From positions 288,001 through 352,000 of the forward strand of contig CAWGED010000019.1 in NCBI GenBank assembly GCA_963821525.1: DNA of 64,000 bases, in the 5' to 3' direction. Shown one piece after another: positions 9,709 through 21,133 of this stretch. A program made the translations under genes and the position numbers. Position 1 is the stretch's first letter. Every line of letters starts with the position of its first letter. Source of the stretch: an uncultured Gemmatimonadales bacterium (GTDB taxonomy: Bacteria > Gemmatimonadota > Gemmatimonadetes > Gemmatimonadales > GWC2-71-9). The notes beneath the pieces are model-generated. The model did no database searches and was not told where the DNA came from. It saw only the letters and a program-made list of their open reading frames with translations.

Positions 9709-10539
9709 TCAACTGCGCGCTTTACGGATCGTCAGAGGTCCGTTGGTTGTGACCACTCGGACTGGAGCGCCTCCCTTGCCCAGGGTCGAATGGATCCGGT
9801 CTTTCATCGAACCCTGGATCGTCACGGTCAATGGCATCGCCACGTCGTACGGTCCATTGACGGTTCCGGTCTCCAACTCTGCGTTGTAGTTCTCCGGCAC
9901 AGCCAGGTCCACCGGTCCGTTTACCGATTCTGCATCCAGACCCTTTCCGTCCCATTTGGTTCCGGCAAGCTTCACACTCAGGGGACCGTTCTGGACCCGG
10001 GCCACGACATCGCCGCCTACGCCAGTGAGGGAGACGGGGCCGTTTTGGGCCCGCAGGTCCATCGTACCGGTCACGCCGTCAACCGAAAGAGGGCCGTTTA
10101 CGGTTTCGGCGGTCAAATTGATCTTCCTGGGAACCCAGACCACGAGTTGGGCTCCCCAATTCTGCCGCCGCCCGGGAGACGGGCCGGTCACTCGAATCGT
10201 GGAACCCGAGATCTCGGTCTTTATGCCCTTTGCCAGTTCTTGTGCCGCCTCGAGAGTGCGCCCACCGGCCTGAACCCGTGTCGTCACCGCAACCGAGTCC
10301 TTGTCCCACCCAATGATTTCGGCTCCCCCGTTCATGTCGGGATCCAGGGTGAGGGAGTTCCCGCTGAGCCGAAACCCGGTTTGGCGGACTTCGCAGACCT
10401 GCTCCCGACTGTCGGAGTCCCAGGTGTTGTGTTCGCAGTCCCTGAGCCAGCGGTTGTCATCCTGGTCCTGGGCAGGGAGAACCGCCGGACTCAGGGCCAG
10501 AGCAAACAGGCCCAGCATACCCCTCGCATTCAATGGCAT
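9709..10539 (-). CDS. DUF4097-like beta-strand repeat secreted protein
   Basis: Signal peptide; repeated (T/S)VNGP and QNGP motifs; GAGGAGG Shine-Dalgarno. Confidence 0.75.
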   Translation of the reverse strand: MPLNARGMLGLFALALSPAVLPAQDQDDNRWLRDCEHNTWDSDSREQVCEVRQTGFRLSGNSLTLDPDMNGGAEIIGWDKDSVAVTTRVQAGGRTLEAAQELAKGIKTEISGSTIRVTGPSPGRRQNWGAQLVVWVPRKINLTAETVNGPLSVDGVTGTMDLRAQNGPVSLTGVGGDVVARVQNGPLSVKLAGTKWDGKGLDAESVNGPVDLAVPENYNAELETGTVNGPYDVAMPLTVTIQGSMKDRIHSTLGKGGAPVRVVTTNGPLTIRKARS

Positions 10540-10804
10540 GGCCTCCTCCTGAGTGATCTCGTGAGAGTGTGGCGGTTGGACACCTGAGGCCCGGAGAGGG
10601 TTGGCTACTCGGGGTCCGGGATCGATGATGGGAACCTCAGGGGGGACGGGGCGGGTTCGGGCGGCCAGGAGGGGCTGCCGGAAAGCGCTCACCCACCCTT
10701 GTCAAGGCGATCCGGGGGATTTGCGGGCTGGCCGTCACGACTCTTGCGGCTGGGGGGCGCCAGGTGATCTTGCTCCGACCCGTTTTCCAGCCTGGAGGCC
10801 GCAG

Positions 10805-12457
10805 TTGACCCGTTGGGAACAGACTACGTCCAAGCTGCTCCAGGTCCTGCGGCTGGAAACAATTCGAAGCAAGCTGCTCGCCTTCGCCGTGCTGGCGAGC
10901 CTCATTCCATCGGTCAGCACCGGTTGGCTCTCCTACGTCCAGAACAAGCGCGCCCTTACCGAGAAAAGCGGCCAGGAGTTGCAGAACGCCGGATCCCAGG
11001 CCGCCCGGGAACTCGATCTCTGGGTCAAGGAGCGGCTGTACGATCTCCGGGTCTTTGCCAGCTCCTATGAGGTTTCCGAAAACCTGGCCCGGCTCCCCGT
11101 CTCGAGCGGCCGTGCCATTCGTGGAAGCCAGACCCAGGAACGGCTGGCCGACTACCTGAATTCGGTCCGGGAGCGGTTCCAGGATTACGAAGAGCTCCTG
11201 GTGCTCGACCCTCAGGGCCAGGTCGTGGCCAGCAGTTCCAGGAGCCGGCGGACGATATACCTCGCAGCCGGTTGGCAGGACGACATTGAGAATGACCGCC
11301 CGGTCGTCGGCGTGCCGCACTGGGATGATTCGTTGAGCAAGCCGGTCATGGTCGTCGCCGTGCCGATCCGTGCCACCGATAGCAGGCTCCTGGGTGCGCT
11401 CTCCGCCCGGCTGAGTCTCGAGCGGGCGGATAACATCCTGCGCCGCTTCGCCCCGGGCGATTCCGGTCAGGTCTATCTCATCGGCGCCAACGCCAACGTC
11501 ATCACCTCTACCCATGCCAGCTCGGGGGCCGTCATGGCGCAGAGCCTCACCAAGGAGGCGATGGATCGGCTCACCGAGAAAGAGGGCGCCGCGGTCGAGT
11601 ATCAGAACTACGACGGCAACGAAGTTGTGGGGACGCTCAACTCGATCGCCGGCCTCGGCTGGGCGGTAGTCGCTGAAATTCCCTCCACCGAGGCCTTTCG
11701 TCAGGTCAATCGGCTACGCAACCTTACGATCCTCATGGTGCTGGCGCTGGTGCTGGGCATCGGCCTGATCGCGTGGCTCCTGGGACTGCTCATCGTCCGT
11801 CCGCTCACTCGCCTGGCCCAGGGTGCCGCGGAGGTCGCGACCGGCAGTCTCGCGGTGGATCTGCCCGAAGTAGGCGGCGGTGAGGTTGGCGACCTCACCA
11901 AAGTCTTCAACAACATGGTTGACCGGTTGCGGGAGAGCCGGGAAGAGCTGGAGCGCCTTTCCACCCTCGACGGACTCACCGGCCTCGCCAACCGGCGCCA
12001 TCTGCTGAGCCGGCTGGCGCTGGAATCGAGCCGGGCCAAACGGGGACATCACATCTTCGCCGTGTTGATGGTAGACGTAGACCACTTCAAGGAATACAAC
12101 GATTCCTACGGTCACCTGGCGGGAGACGAAGTTCTGGTACGAATTGCGGAGATTCTGCGGGAATCCTGCCGGGAGGTGGACTGCGCCGCGCGCTACGGGG
12201 GCGAGGAATTCCTGGTCCTGCTCACCGAGACAGGGATGGAAGGGGCGGTCGAAGTAGCGGAGCGGGTCCGAGCCAGGCTTGCCAGCGAGACTTTCGCCGG
12301 GGGAACGATCACGCTGAGCGTGGGCGTCGCATCATATCCCGAATTTGGAGAGACTCCGGAGGCCGTCATCATGAGCGCCGACGTGGCGCTCTACCAGGCG
12401 AAGCACATGGGTCGTGACCGGGTCGTTATGGCCAGCCTGAACAAGGTGGAGGACTAG
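10805..12457 (+). CDS. Sensor diguanylate cyclase (TM-Cache-TM-HAMP-GGDEF)
   Basis: DGLTGLANRR, DVDHFKEYNDSYGHLAGD, RYGGEEF with RxxD I-site (REVD). Start approximate. Confidence 0.9.
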   Translation: MTRWEQTTSKLLQVLRLETIRSKLLAFAVLASLIPSVSTGWLSYVQNKRALTEKSGQELQNAGSQAARELDLWVKERLYDLRVFASSYEVSENLARLPVSSGRAIRGSQTQERLADYLNSVRERFQDYEELLVLDPQGQVVASSSRSRRTIYLAAGWQDDIENDRPVVGVPHWDDSLSKPVMVVAVPIRATDSRLLGALSARLSLERADNILRRFAPGDSGQVYLIGANANVITSTHASSGAVMAQSLTKEAMDRLTEKEGAAVEYQNYDGNEVVGTLNSIAGLGWAVVAEIPSTEAFRQVNRLRNLTILMVLALVLGIGLIAWLLGLLIVRPLTRLAQGAAEVATGSLAVDLPEVGGGEVGDLTKVFNNMVDRLRESREELERLSTLDGLTGLANRRHLLSRLALESSRAKRGHHIFAVLMVDVDHFKEYNDSYGHLAGDEVLVRIAEILRESCREVDCAARYGGEEFLVLLTETGMEGAVEVAERVRARLASETFAGGTITLSVGVASYPEFGETPEAVIMSADVALYQAKHMGRDRVVMASLNKVED

Positions 12458-13236
12458 CGCATAGCCTCCGGGCCCCGGCCCACCAGGTTCCGCATCACCC
12501 ATCCTGCCCGGCCGTTCTCTGCAGTCACCCGAATCCAGTTGTCGGTGTAGGAGTATCCGGTTACCGAGATTCCCGCTTCCACCGTGAAGAGGACTTTGAA
12601 GTTGGTCCCCGGTCCCTCCCGGACATTGCTGCGGCGGACCGTCTGCAACCGAACCGGTGCGGTGAAGGTTGATTCTCCCGGTCTCGCCCCGTTGCCGTTA
12701 CCGCTAAGTCTTCCTTTCGCAGCGCTGGCGAGGCGCTTGGTCTGGGTCGCGAGGTAGAGCGAACCGGCATAGTTCTGCTTGTTGAATTCAGCGCCGCTCT
12801 GCTTCAGCAGTTTGGTCGCCTGCGCCAATTCAGGGGTCGCGCGCTGACCACCCGCGGTTTTGAGCGACTGAACCGCGACTTCTGCTTCGGCGAGTCCCGA
12901 TGCGGCTTCGGCCTTGGTCGCGAGAGTCTGCAATTTGGCCATCGCACGCACGACTTCCTGCCGAGTTTCATCGAGCCGGGTCTGCAACTCTTCGATCTGC
13001 GCGTCCCGCTCGAGCAGAGCCAGCTCTAATCGCTGGGCCCGCTGCTCCAGCTCGACGTCGCGAATCCGGACCGTGTCAGGGGGGAGAGTCACGGGAGGGG
13101 GAGCAGGAGTCGGCCCTACTGGCGGACTGCTTTCTACCGGAGCTACCGCGACCTCGGGCTTCTTACTGGCGCAGCCAGCAAGAGCGCCGAGAGCCAAGGC
13201 GAGCGAAGCGCGTAACCCCAAGAGAGAGTGTGACAT
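12454..13236 (-). CDS. Lipoprotein with coiled coil and C-terminal bacterial SH3 domain
   Basis: Lipobox LAGC; NVREGPGTNFKV...WIRV...GWV. Confidence 0.75.
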   Translation of the reverse strand: MSHSLLGLRASLALALGALAGCASKKPEVAVAPVESSPPVGPTPAPPPVTLPPDTVRIRDVELEQRAQRLELALLERDAQIEELQTRLDETRQEVVRAMAKLQTLATKAEAASGLAEAEVAVQSLKTAGGQRATPELAQATKLLKQSGAEFNKQNYAGSLYLATQTKRLASAAKGRLSGNGNGARPGESTFTAPVRLQTVRRSNVREGPGTNFKVLFTVEAGISVTGYSYTDNWIRVTAENGRAGWVMRNLVGRGPEAMR

Positions 13237-13333
13237 GGATCCACCCTCCTTCCCACTCGGGTGGGCGCTGCTCGTTTAAGGTTCTGGGGGAAAGGCCTTT
13301 CCAGACCCGAAATGAGCAAGAGGGGTGCCGCAA

Positions 13334-13702
13334 CTACCTGTTGTGCTTATAGATGAGATCTACCAGCTCATCATACATCGCCTCGGCCTCGTCATCGCCT
13401 GCCCGGATCGCGGATGCGGCGCAGTGCTTCAGATGATTCCGCATCAGTTCCCTGCCCACCGAGCGGAGTGCTTCCTGCACCGAGGAGATCTGGGTGAGGA
13501 TATCGGCGCAATAGCGATCCTCCTCCACCATCTTCTGCAGCCCGCGGATCTGGCCCTCGATCCGGCGGAGGCGCTTGCCGTTCCGCTCCTTGATGTCGGG
13601 ATCTACTCCGCGGGCCTTGCGATACGTCGTTTCATCACCGGGCAGAGGGCAGCTGCACATGATGTTCCCGTCGTCGCGAGAGTGATTGCGTGAATGAGAC
13701 AT
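13334..13702 (-). CDS. csoR: CsoR-family copper-sensing repressor
   Basis: RLRRIEGQIRGLQKMVEEDRYCADILTQ...NHLKHC. Confidence 0.9.
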   Translation of the reverse strand: MSHSRNHSRDDGNIMCSCPLPGDETTYRKARGVDPDIKERNGKRLRRIEGQIRGLQKMVEEDRYCADILTQISSVQEALRSVGRELMRNHLKHCAASAIRAGDDEAEAMYDELVDLIYKHNR

Positions 13703-16055
13703 CAGGCTACCCGTGCCTGGCGCAGCCGGAGGCTGTTGCTGACGACACTGACTGAGCTGAAGGCCATCGCGGCACTCGCCAGCACGGGGCTCAAGAGGAT
13801 TCCCAGGCCGGGATACAGCACGCCGGCCGCTACCGGAATACCGATCACGTTGTAGATGAAGGCCCAGAACAGGTTCTGCTTCATGGTGCGCACGGTCCGC
13901 CGGGAAAGCTCGATCGCCTGCACCGCGCCACGAAGGTCGCCCCGCATGAGAACCACATCGCCGGCCTCGATCGCGACGTCGGTCCCGGTCCCGATGGCAA
14001 TACCGACGTCGGCCTGCGCCAGGGCCGGCGCGTCGTTTATCCCGTCTCCTACCATCGCGACGACCCGGCCGGCCGCCTGAAGCCGCTTGATCTCCTCCAC
14101 CTTCCCTTCCGGCAAGACTCCGGCGACCACTCGCTCGATCCCTGCCTGTTTCGCGATCGACTGCGCGGTCCCGGCGTTATCGCCGGTGACGAGAACAACC
14201 TCGATCCCCATCCGCCTCAGGCCGGCGACTGCTTCTCGAGAGCCTTCCTTGATCGGATCGGCAATCCCGATGAGACCCAGGAGTTTCCCTCGGCCCGCGA
14301 CGAACATCAGGGTCCTCCCCTCGCTCGCGAGCCGGATCGCGGCCTCCTGCATCGCGACGGTCTCCACTCCACGCTCCTTGAGCAGGGCCTCGCTGCCGAC
14401 GAGGAGGGAAATCCCATCCACGGTTCCCGAGGCGCCGCGTCCGGTCACCGAGCTGAACTCACCAGGATCACTCAGGGTCAAGCCACGATCGCGCGCGGCC
14501 CGCACCACGGCGGCCGCGAGGGGATGCTCGCTCAATGTTTCGAGGGAGGCCGCGAGCCTCAGCAGATCGGTTCCATCCTGGGCGCCTCCGCCGACCACGA
14601 GAACGTCCGTAACCCGCGGCTGGCCTTCGGTGACTGTCCCCGTCTTGTCGAGCACCGCCATGTCCACCATCCCGGCGCGCTGCAGGGTCTCTCCTCCCTT
14701 GATCAGTAAACCGAGCTGGGCTGCCCGGCCGGTCCCAACCATCACCGCCGTGGGGACCGCGAGACCCATGGCGCAGGGACAGGCAATGATGAGCACCGAC
14801 ACCGCCGCGGCGAACCCGCGCACCGCAGGCGCCGTGTCGGCGGCAACAAACCAGATCACGAACGTCGCGATCGCAATCGAGACCACGATCGGCACGAAGA
14901 TCCCGCTGATCCGGTCGGCGAGCGCCTGGATCGGTGCGCGTGAGCCTTGGGCCTCGCGCATCAGCTTAACGATCTGGGAAAGGACGCTGTCAGATCCGAG
15001 CGTCGTGGCTCGATAGCGGAACGCCCCGGTGCCATTGAGGGTCCCGCCGATCACCAGCGAGCCGGTTTTCTTCTCCACCGGAAACGATTCGCCGGACAGC
15101 ATGGACTCATCCACCGCACTATGGCCCGAGAGGACCTGACCATCCACCGGGATTCGCTCTCCGGGACGGACCAGGACGGTGTCGCCCTGAACCACCTGAT
15201 CGATGGGGATCTCGCGCCCCAGCTCGCCTTCCCGCGCCACTCGCGCAGTCCTGGGCTGGAGGTTCACCAGGGCGCGAAGCGCGTGGGCCGTCTGCCGCTT
15301 GGCCCGAGCCTCGAACGCGCTGCCGGTGAGGATCAGTGCGATGATGATGACAACGGCCTCGAAATACGTATCGGGTGAGAGACCCGCGCGCGAGGAAGAA
15401 CCGCGGCGTAAGCACCGCCAGGCAGGAATACACGAACGCCGCTGCGGTGCCCAATGCGATGAGCGTGTTCATGTCCGCGGTGTGATGCCGGAACGCAGTC
15501 CAGGCCCGGACATAGAACTGCCGCCCGCCCCAGAGCATGACACTGACCGTCAGAAGTAACAGCGCGTAGGCCAGACCCCGCGGAGGCAGCGTGTAAAGCC
15601 AGGGGAACAGCGCTTTGAAGCACCGGACTCAGTGAATGCATGACCCAGCGCATGAAGGGATCCGCGACCACGGTCTCGTGTCCTGCGGCAGCTGGTGCCA
15701 TCAGAGGCAGCGACAGGATCATCGCGACGACCGCGGCAATCCCACTGACCATCGCCTTGAGGCGCAGACCCCGAAACTCCTCGTCGATGGCCCGGTCACG
15801 TGCCGCCTGCTCCTCGAATGCCGTGTTCGCCGAACCGGGGACTTCCGAGTCGTATCCGGTTTCCCTGATGGCCTGCACCAGTCTCTCGGGCGTGGTTGCG
15901 GTCGGATCGAAGGTCACCGCGGCGGTGTTCAGAATCAGGTTGACCGACGCATCTACGACCCCCGCCTGCTCGGCCAGCGACCGCTGCACCCGTGACTGGC
16001 ACGAGGCACAGTGCATCCCCGTCACTCGGAGCTCGATCGTTTCGGTGGCTGCCAT
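13702..16055 (-). CDS. copA: Cu(I)-translocating P1B-type ATPase; frameshifts near 15600 and 15380
   Basis: [46 protein letters not shown] and MAFSS motifs. Confidence 0.9.
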
Positions 16056-16059
16056 GGGC

Positions 16060-16467
16060 TTAGCGGGCTGAGTCGGAGATCGATGCCGAAGGCTCGGCGA
16101 TGATGCTGCCTCGCAGCATGCTCATGCCGCACATGAACTCGTACTTCCCCGGTTTGGGCGGGGTGATCTCAATCGGCGTGGTCTTGCCGGTGGGAAGAAA
16201 TTGCCGGATACCGAAATCGGGGAAGACAACTTCTTCGGAGCAGGGAGACGTGTCGCGCCGGTCGAAGAGCAATCGGACCGGTTCTCCTGCAGGAACCTTG
16301 ATTAACGCCGGTTCGTAGCCTCCATCGACCGTGATCCTCACCTCGCGGCTTCCGCCGGAGCCGGCCGAAACCGCCACCCGCCTCCGCCCCGCGACCAGGA
16401 AATACCAGTTAACCCATGTGATGGCCGCCAACCCTCCTGCCACCACCAGCCACTCGTTGCCTGACAT
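16060..16467 (-). CDS. Membrane-anchored cupredoxin-domain protein (CupA-like)
   Basis: N-terminal TM; VDGGYEP, PCSEEVVFPDF, FMCGMSMLRG. Confidence 0.85.
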   Translation of the reverse strand: MSGNEWLVVAGGLAAITWVNWYFLVAGRRRVAVSAGSGGSREVRITVDGGYEPALIKVPAGEPVRLLFDRRDTSPCSEEVVFPDFGIRQFLPTGKTTPIEITPPKPGKYEFMCGMSMLRGSIIAEPSASISDSAR

Positions 16468-16497
16468 GTACCCTATCCTGAAAAGCTGACCTGACGG

Positions 16498-16526
16498 ATC
16501 TTATATACCCCCTCCCCCTATGTCAA
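16498..16526 (-). promoter_or_regulatory. Copper operon promoter with probable CsoR operator in the spacer
   Basis: Minus strand TTGACA-TAGGGGGAGGGGGTATA-TAAGAT; 17-nt spacer is a G-tract flanked by ATA/TAT. Confidence 0.7.
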
Positions 16527-16548
16527 CGAGCCCGAGACTCTGCCGAAA

Positions 16549-17557
16549 TCACGGCATTGATCGTATAAACCTCTGGGAATTCTTGGGTGGCGTCCGTGGG
16601 CTCAGCTGCTGGACGTCCCGCGAACCATGAACAGCGACGCCGCCTACTAGACCAGTGATGAGATTGGCGGCAAAGTAGAGCAGGCTGAAGGTCACGATCT
16701 CGGCCGGCGGAATACCCGAGCCGCTCAGGAGGAGCAGCCACGCGCCTTCACGAACGCCGAGGCCGTTGAGAGTGACGGGAAGCATCGCGAACGCGGTCAC
16801 CACGGGAACCGCGAAGAACAGAGTCACCGGCGCGATCGGGAGGTGCATCGCCCCAGCCAGTACCAGCCAGAGCAGGATGTACAATCCCTGCACGACGAAT
16901 CCGAGCGCGATCGCGGCCATCAAGGAGCCCGGAGTACGGGCAAGCTCCCGTACCAGGTGAACCGCGTCGTTCACACCCTGCCGCAATTGCGGTGACTTCC
17001 GCCCGAACCAGACCGCCGCCACTATCGTTACCGCTACTGCAACACCAACGAAGGAGTAGGCCCTCCCCAGGCAATTTGAGCCGCGCCGCCTCGAACAGAT
17101 GCTGTGCGAAGATCGGAGCCAGGGCAGCGGCAATCAACGCATAGCAGACCATCGCGAACATCCCCATCGCTCGATCGAGTAGCACACTCGCCACGACCCC
17201 GCCTGGCCGGGATGTCTCACGCGCCGCCGCCAGTGCGCGTACCGCATCTCCCCCAACTGCTGTGGGTAGAAAGAGCGAGAAGAAGCCACCGATCACATAG
17301 AGCCGGGCGAGATATCGCCAGGGCGGGCTCCCCGGGCCCAGAATCACCTTCCACCGCAGGGCCGCGATCGACTGGCCGCTGAGCAGCAACAGGGCGGCAC
17401 CGAATACACCGGCCAGAGTGCCGGGACCCAATCCGCGGCCGATCGTCGGGAGTCCCATCCGGCTCAGGATGAGCGCGAGTAGACAGACCCCGACAACCAG
17501 CCGGAGGGCAAAACGTGCTCCGGGAGTCAGTCGCGATCCGCCCGCGGATCCACTCAT
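16549..17557 (-). CDS. Flippase-like membrane protein (lysylphosphatidylglycerol synthase TM / UPF0104); frameshifted
   Basis: ALRWKVIL, FLPTAVGGDAVR, LDRAMG, LPVTLNGLGVREGAW in two frames. True stop may be at 16602. Confidence 0.75.
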
Positions 17558-18513
17558 CCGGAGGAATCGTTGCTGTCGGGGGAATCCAGTCGAGCCAGGC
17601 GGTAGGGACGCCGGGTTGGCGCGCTCAGGTGTACGATGATCTCCGCGACCAGTCCGAGGGCGATGGATTGGATCCCGAGTGCGAGGAAGAGCGTGCCGAG
17701 CAGCAGCGCAGGCCGGTTGGCGATGCCCACGCCGCCGATGCGTTGCACCAGCAGGATTGCGAGCAGGATTGCCCCGATGCCGCCCAGCACCAGTCCGATC
17801 AAGCCGAAGAACCGGAGCGGGCGCTCGGTAAACCGAGCCAGGAAGTAACTCCCGAGCAGGTCCACCGCCGCGCGCAGGTAGGCGGCCGGCCCATAGAAGC
17901 GAAGGCCCACGTCCTCCGGATGCTGCTGGGCCGGCAGCTCCACGACCTCGAATCCTTCGCGCTGCATCAAGGTTGGGAGGAAACGGAAGAAGTCTCCGTA
18001 GATCGGGGTGTCGAGCAGCGCATCGCGACGCAGCGCCGCGACTCCGCAGCCCAGATCGTGAAACCGGTTTCTCGTGACCGGCCGAGCGAGCGAGTGAAAG
18101 AGCCAGCGCCGAGCCCGGTTGGGGAGCGGCTCTCGCCGCCCCACTCGAGCCGCGAACGCCGCATCGGCGCCCTGATGTACTCTCTCGACGAGACCGGGGA
18201 GGTACTGAGCTTCGATACGCCGGTAGGCCGGGAGCACCAGCAGGAGGTCGTTCTTGGCCTCAGTTGCTCCTACCCGGGTCAGCATCGCGGGTCCCGCGGG
18301 CTGGGCCAGTCGCAGCACTCGTACCGGTTCCCCGCTCTTCCGCAGGACCTCCGCCTCATCCGCTTGTGCCGCGTGAGATGGCGCCGCGACGAAGAGGAAT
18401 TCAGGATCCAGGCCCGCCGCGCGGAGCGGATCCAGATATTCCTTGCATAGAGGGCCGAGAGGATCGCACCGTTCGTGCAGCGGGATGATGACCGACACGC
18501 CGGTCGGTTTCAT
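17554..18513 (-). CDS. GT2-like membrane glycosyltransferase paralog lacking DxD
   Basis: VSVIIPL, FHDLGCG, RPLRFFG and two C-terminal TM helices; ATGA overlap with the upstream gene. Confidence 0.75.
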   Translation of the reverse strand: MKPTGVSVIIPLHERCDPLGPLCKEYLDPLRAAGLDPEFLFVAAPSHAAQADEAEVLRKSGEPVRVLRLAQPAGPAMLTRVGATEAKNDLLLVLPAYRRIEAQYLPGLVERVHQGADAAFAARVGRREPLPNRARRWLFHSLARPVTRNRFHDLGCGVAALRRDALLDTPIYGDFFRFLPTLMQREGFEVVELPAQQHPEDVGLRFYGPAAYLRAAVDLLGSYFLARFTERPLRFFGLIGLVLGGIGAILLAILLVQRIGGVGIANRPALLLGTLFLALGIQSIALGLVAEIIVHLSAPTRRPYRLARLDSPDSNDSSG

Positions 18514-19481
18514 GCCGCTTCCCGGGCCAGAGGAATCTCCCGCGCCACTCGACGCCCGTAGCGGCGGACCGCGCCTTCCGCCATCAAGCCGAGGATGAGC
18601 AGGTAGACTGCAAGCCCGAACCAGACGATGGCGACACTGGGGAAGACCAGTGCCTCGGCCTTGACCGGACGGAATGCGGCAACAGCGATGACCTCCGCGA
18701 CGAGCGCGGCCAGGCTGAAGAACAGAGCAACGAGCGCCGCTCCGGCGAAAAGGTGCAGTGGCCGGCCTCTGAAGGATCGAATCATCACGATGACCAGGAG
18801 ATCCGCCAGGACCTTCGCGATGCGGGAGAGACCGTACTTGCTCTGGCCGAAGCGACGGGCATGGTGCCGAACCGGCATCTCGGTAATCCTGGCCCCTGCG
18901 GTGGCCGCGGCGACAGCCGGAATGAAACGATGAAGATCGGAATAGAGATGAAGCCTCTCCACGACCGGCCGGCGAAAAGCCTTGAGCGAACATCCGTTGT
19001 CCCTGATGGGCACTCCGGTGGCTTTGCGAATCAACCAGTTGGCGATCATCGAGGGGAAGCGCCGGGTGAGCCAGACGTCCTGACGGCGTTCGCGGTATCC
19101 CGCCACGAGGTCGTACCCCTCATCGAGACGAGCCACCAACAGCGGGATGTCGGCGGGATCATTCTGCAGGTCGCCGTCCATGGTGACTATGACGTCGCCG
19201 CGAGCGCTCGCGAAACCAGCCTGCATCGCCGGGGTCTGTCCGTAGTTCCGGGCCAGTCGCACCAGGCGTACCCTCGAGTCCTGCGCCACGGCGGCACGGG
19301 CGCGGTCTACGGTGCTGTCGCGGCTTCCGTCGTCAACCAGGACAAGCTCCCAGTCGTGCTCGGGGCCGAGAGCCTCCTGCACTGCCTGCACCAGCCGCTC
19401 TACCGATCCCTCTTCGTTGTACAACGGCACGACCACCGAAAGGCGAGGCCGGTCCAGGTCGTCGTTACTGGACGACTTCAT
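18510..19481 (-). CDS. GT2 polyprenol-phosphate glycosyltransferase (ArnC/GtrB-like)
   Basis: SVVVPLYNEE, VDDGSRD, RNYGQTPA, TMDGDLQNDP, DNGCSLKA, SKYGLSR. Confidence 0.9.
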   Translation of the reverse strand: MKSSSNDDLDRPRLSVVVPLYNEEGSVERLVQAVQEALGPEHDWELVLVDDGSRDSTVDRARAAVAQDSRVRLVRLARNYGQTPAMQAGFASARGDVIVTMDGDLQNDPADIPLLVARLDEGYDLVAGYRERRQDVWLTRRFPSMIANWLIRKATGVPIRDNGCSLKAFRRPVVERLHLYSDLHRFIPAVAAATAGARITEMPVRHHARRFGQSKYGLSRIAKVLADLLVIVMIRSFRGRPLHLFAGAALVALFFSLAALVAEVIAVAAFRPVKAEALVFPSVAIVWFGLAVYLLILGLMAEGAVRRYGRRVAREIPLAREAA

Positions 19482-21038
19482 GTATCCGCACCTCGTAATC
19501 GCCGTCCTCGAACTTCTTCACCAGAGGAAACCGGTCGAACAGCGCCTGATACTCGGCGACCTCCTGGGGATATCGCTTCGGGTCGCGGAAATAGCGGGAG
19601 TACATTCCCTGGCCGAACACCAGGTACTGGTAGCCCTTCACGAAATACCACTGGGGTGGATGCTCCGTCATCCGAAGGGTGGTATCGACCTGAAATTCAT
19701 CGGGGCGCACGAAGGGCGTATAGGACTCGATCATCACCCGGCTGCCCTTGGGGATGTTCTCCTCGATCCAGACCCGCGCCGTCTCCCTGCTGTCTACCCG
19801 GCTCAATCTCAGGTCGAAGTCAATCGCTTCCTTGAGAGGAACCGCGATGCAGACCAGCGTGAGCAACGCCAAACCGGTACCGGCCCAGGCACGCCGACCG
19901 GATGGTGCGGCATCCCGCACCCGGTCCGCCAGCTCCACGACCAGCCACGCGCCCAGCAGGAAGAGGAAAGGCGTTATCGGGAGGAAGGTGCGGCTGTTGC
20001 GCACCTGGAAGCAGGAGATGAACACGTCGTACGCCACCACGAACACGCCCATGAGCACGATCCGGTCGAGCTTGCGGATGTACCCCCAGACCATGGCCAG
20101 CACTGCAAGAATCGTGAGGGGCCCTTCGTACCGCGCGGCGTATTGCAGGTACCAGAGCGGCGCCATCCCTTCCAGCCCCTCGTGCCCGCTGGCGTAGTGA
20201 TACGCCTCTGAGCCGGCGCCGAGCAGGAAACTCACCGGATCGAGAATGGCGAACGGAGTAAAGAGGAAAAACCCGACGGGCATGGCCAGAAAGCACTGGG
20301 TAAGGAAGCCGAACGGCTTGAGGCGCCGGCCGGAACGGAGCCAGTGCGCGGCCACGGGCATGATCGCCACGACGGCGCCGGGATATTTGCAACTCACGGC
20401 GACACCAGTAGGAACCCCGCGAGGAGGTAATCGCGCCGGCGGCCCAGGTCGTAGATCCCGAGGCAGTACCAGCCGACGCCCAATAGCGCTGTACCCAGGA
20501 AGGTGTTCACTTCGATATAGTGGCTTTGGGTGACATTCACCGGAGAAACAGCCGTGGCGAGTGCCGCGAGCAAAGCCGCTTCGGGACGGCCGAAGAGTCG
20601 CTTGCCCAGAAGCCAGGTGAACAGCACTCCGAGCACGCCAACCACAACGGTCAGCGAGCGTCCCATGACCACCGCGCCTGGTGCCCCGATGTGCCCTACA
20701 CCCATGGTCAGTCGCTCTGGGCCCGGGATGTCCGCTGGCGATGAGTAGACGCCACGAGCCTTTTCCACCGCGTAGTAAGGCAGGTAGAGCAGGGCGTTGG
20801 CGTAGATGAGCAGGGTCGGTTTCCTGAAATAGTGCGGATTCAGGTCCCCCGTCTTCACGATGTTCTGGGCGATTTCGATCTTGTTTGGCTCGTCCGGGTG
20901 ATAGAGATAGGGCAGCCCGAAGTCGAGAGCCCAGGCCCGAAGCCCGAGAGCAATAACCAGGATGGCAGCGAGCAGACCCAGCTCGAGGCGACCCGCGGGC
21001 CGCACCTCGGGCCGGGACACTGTCAGTGAAGCACTCAT
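19465..21038 (-). CDS. GT-C fold membrane glycosyltransferase (PMT/ArnT-like); frameshift near 20400
   Basis: GLPYLYHPDE, LNPHYF, multiple TM helices, SCKYPG, FFLFTPF. Confidence 0.75.
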
Positions 21039-21133
21039 GAACGCCGCATTAGGGGTTTAAGACGGTTAGAATGTAAACTGTATGGGTGCGAAGTTGAGCG
21101 CCGGCAGCGACCGGGCCGGCGATGAGGATCTCT

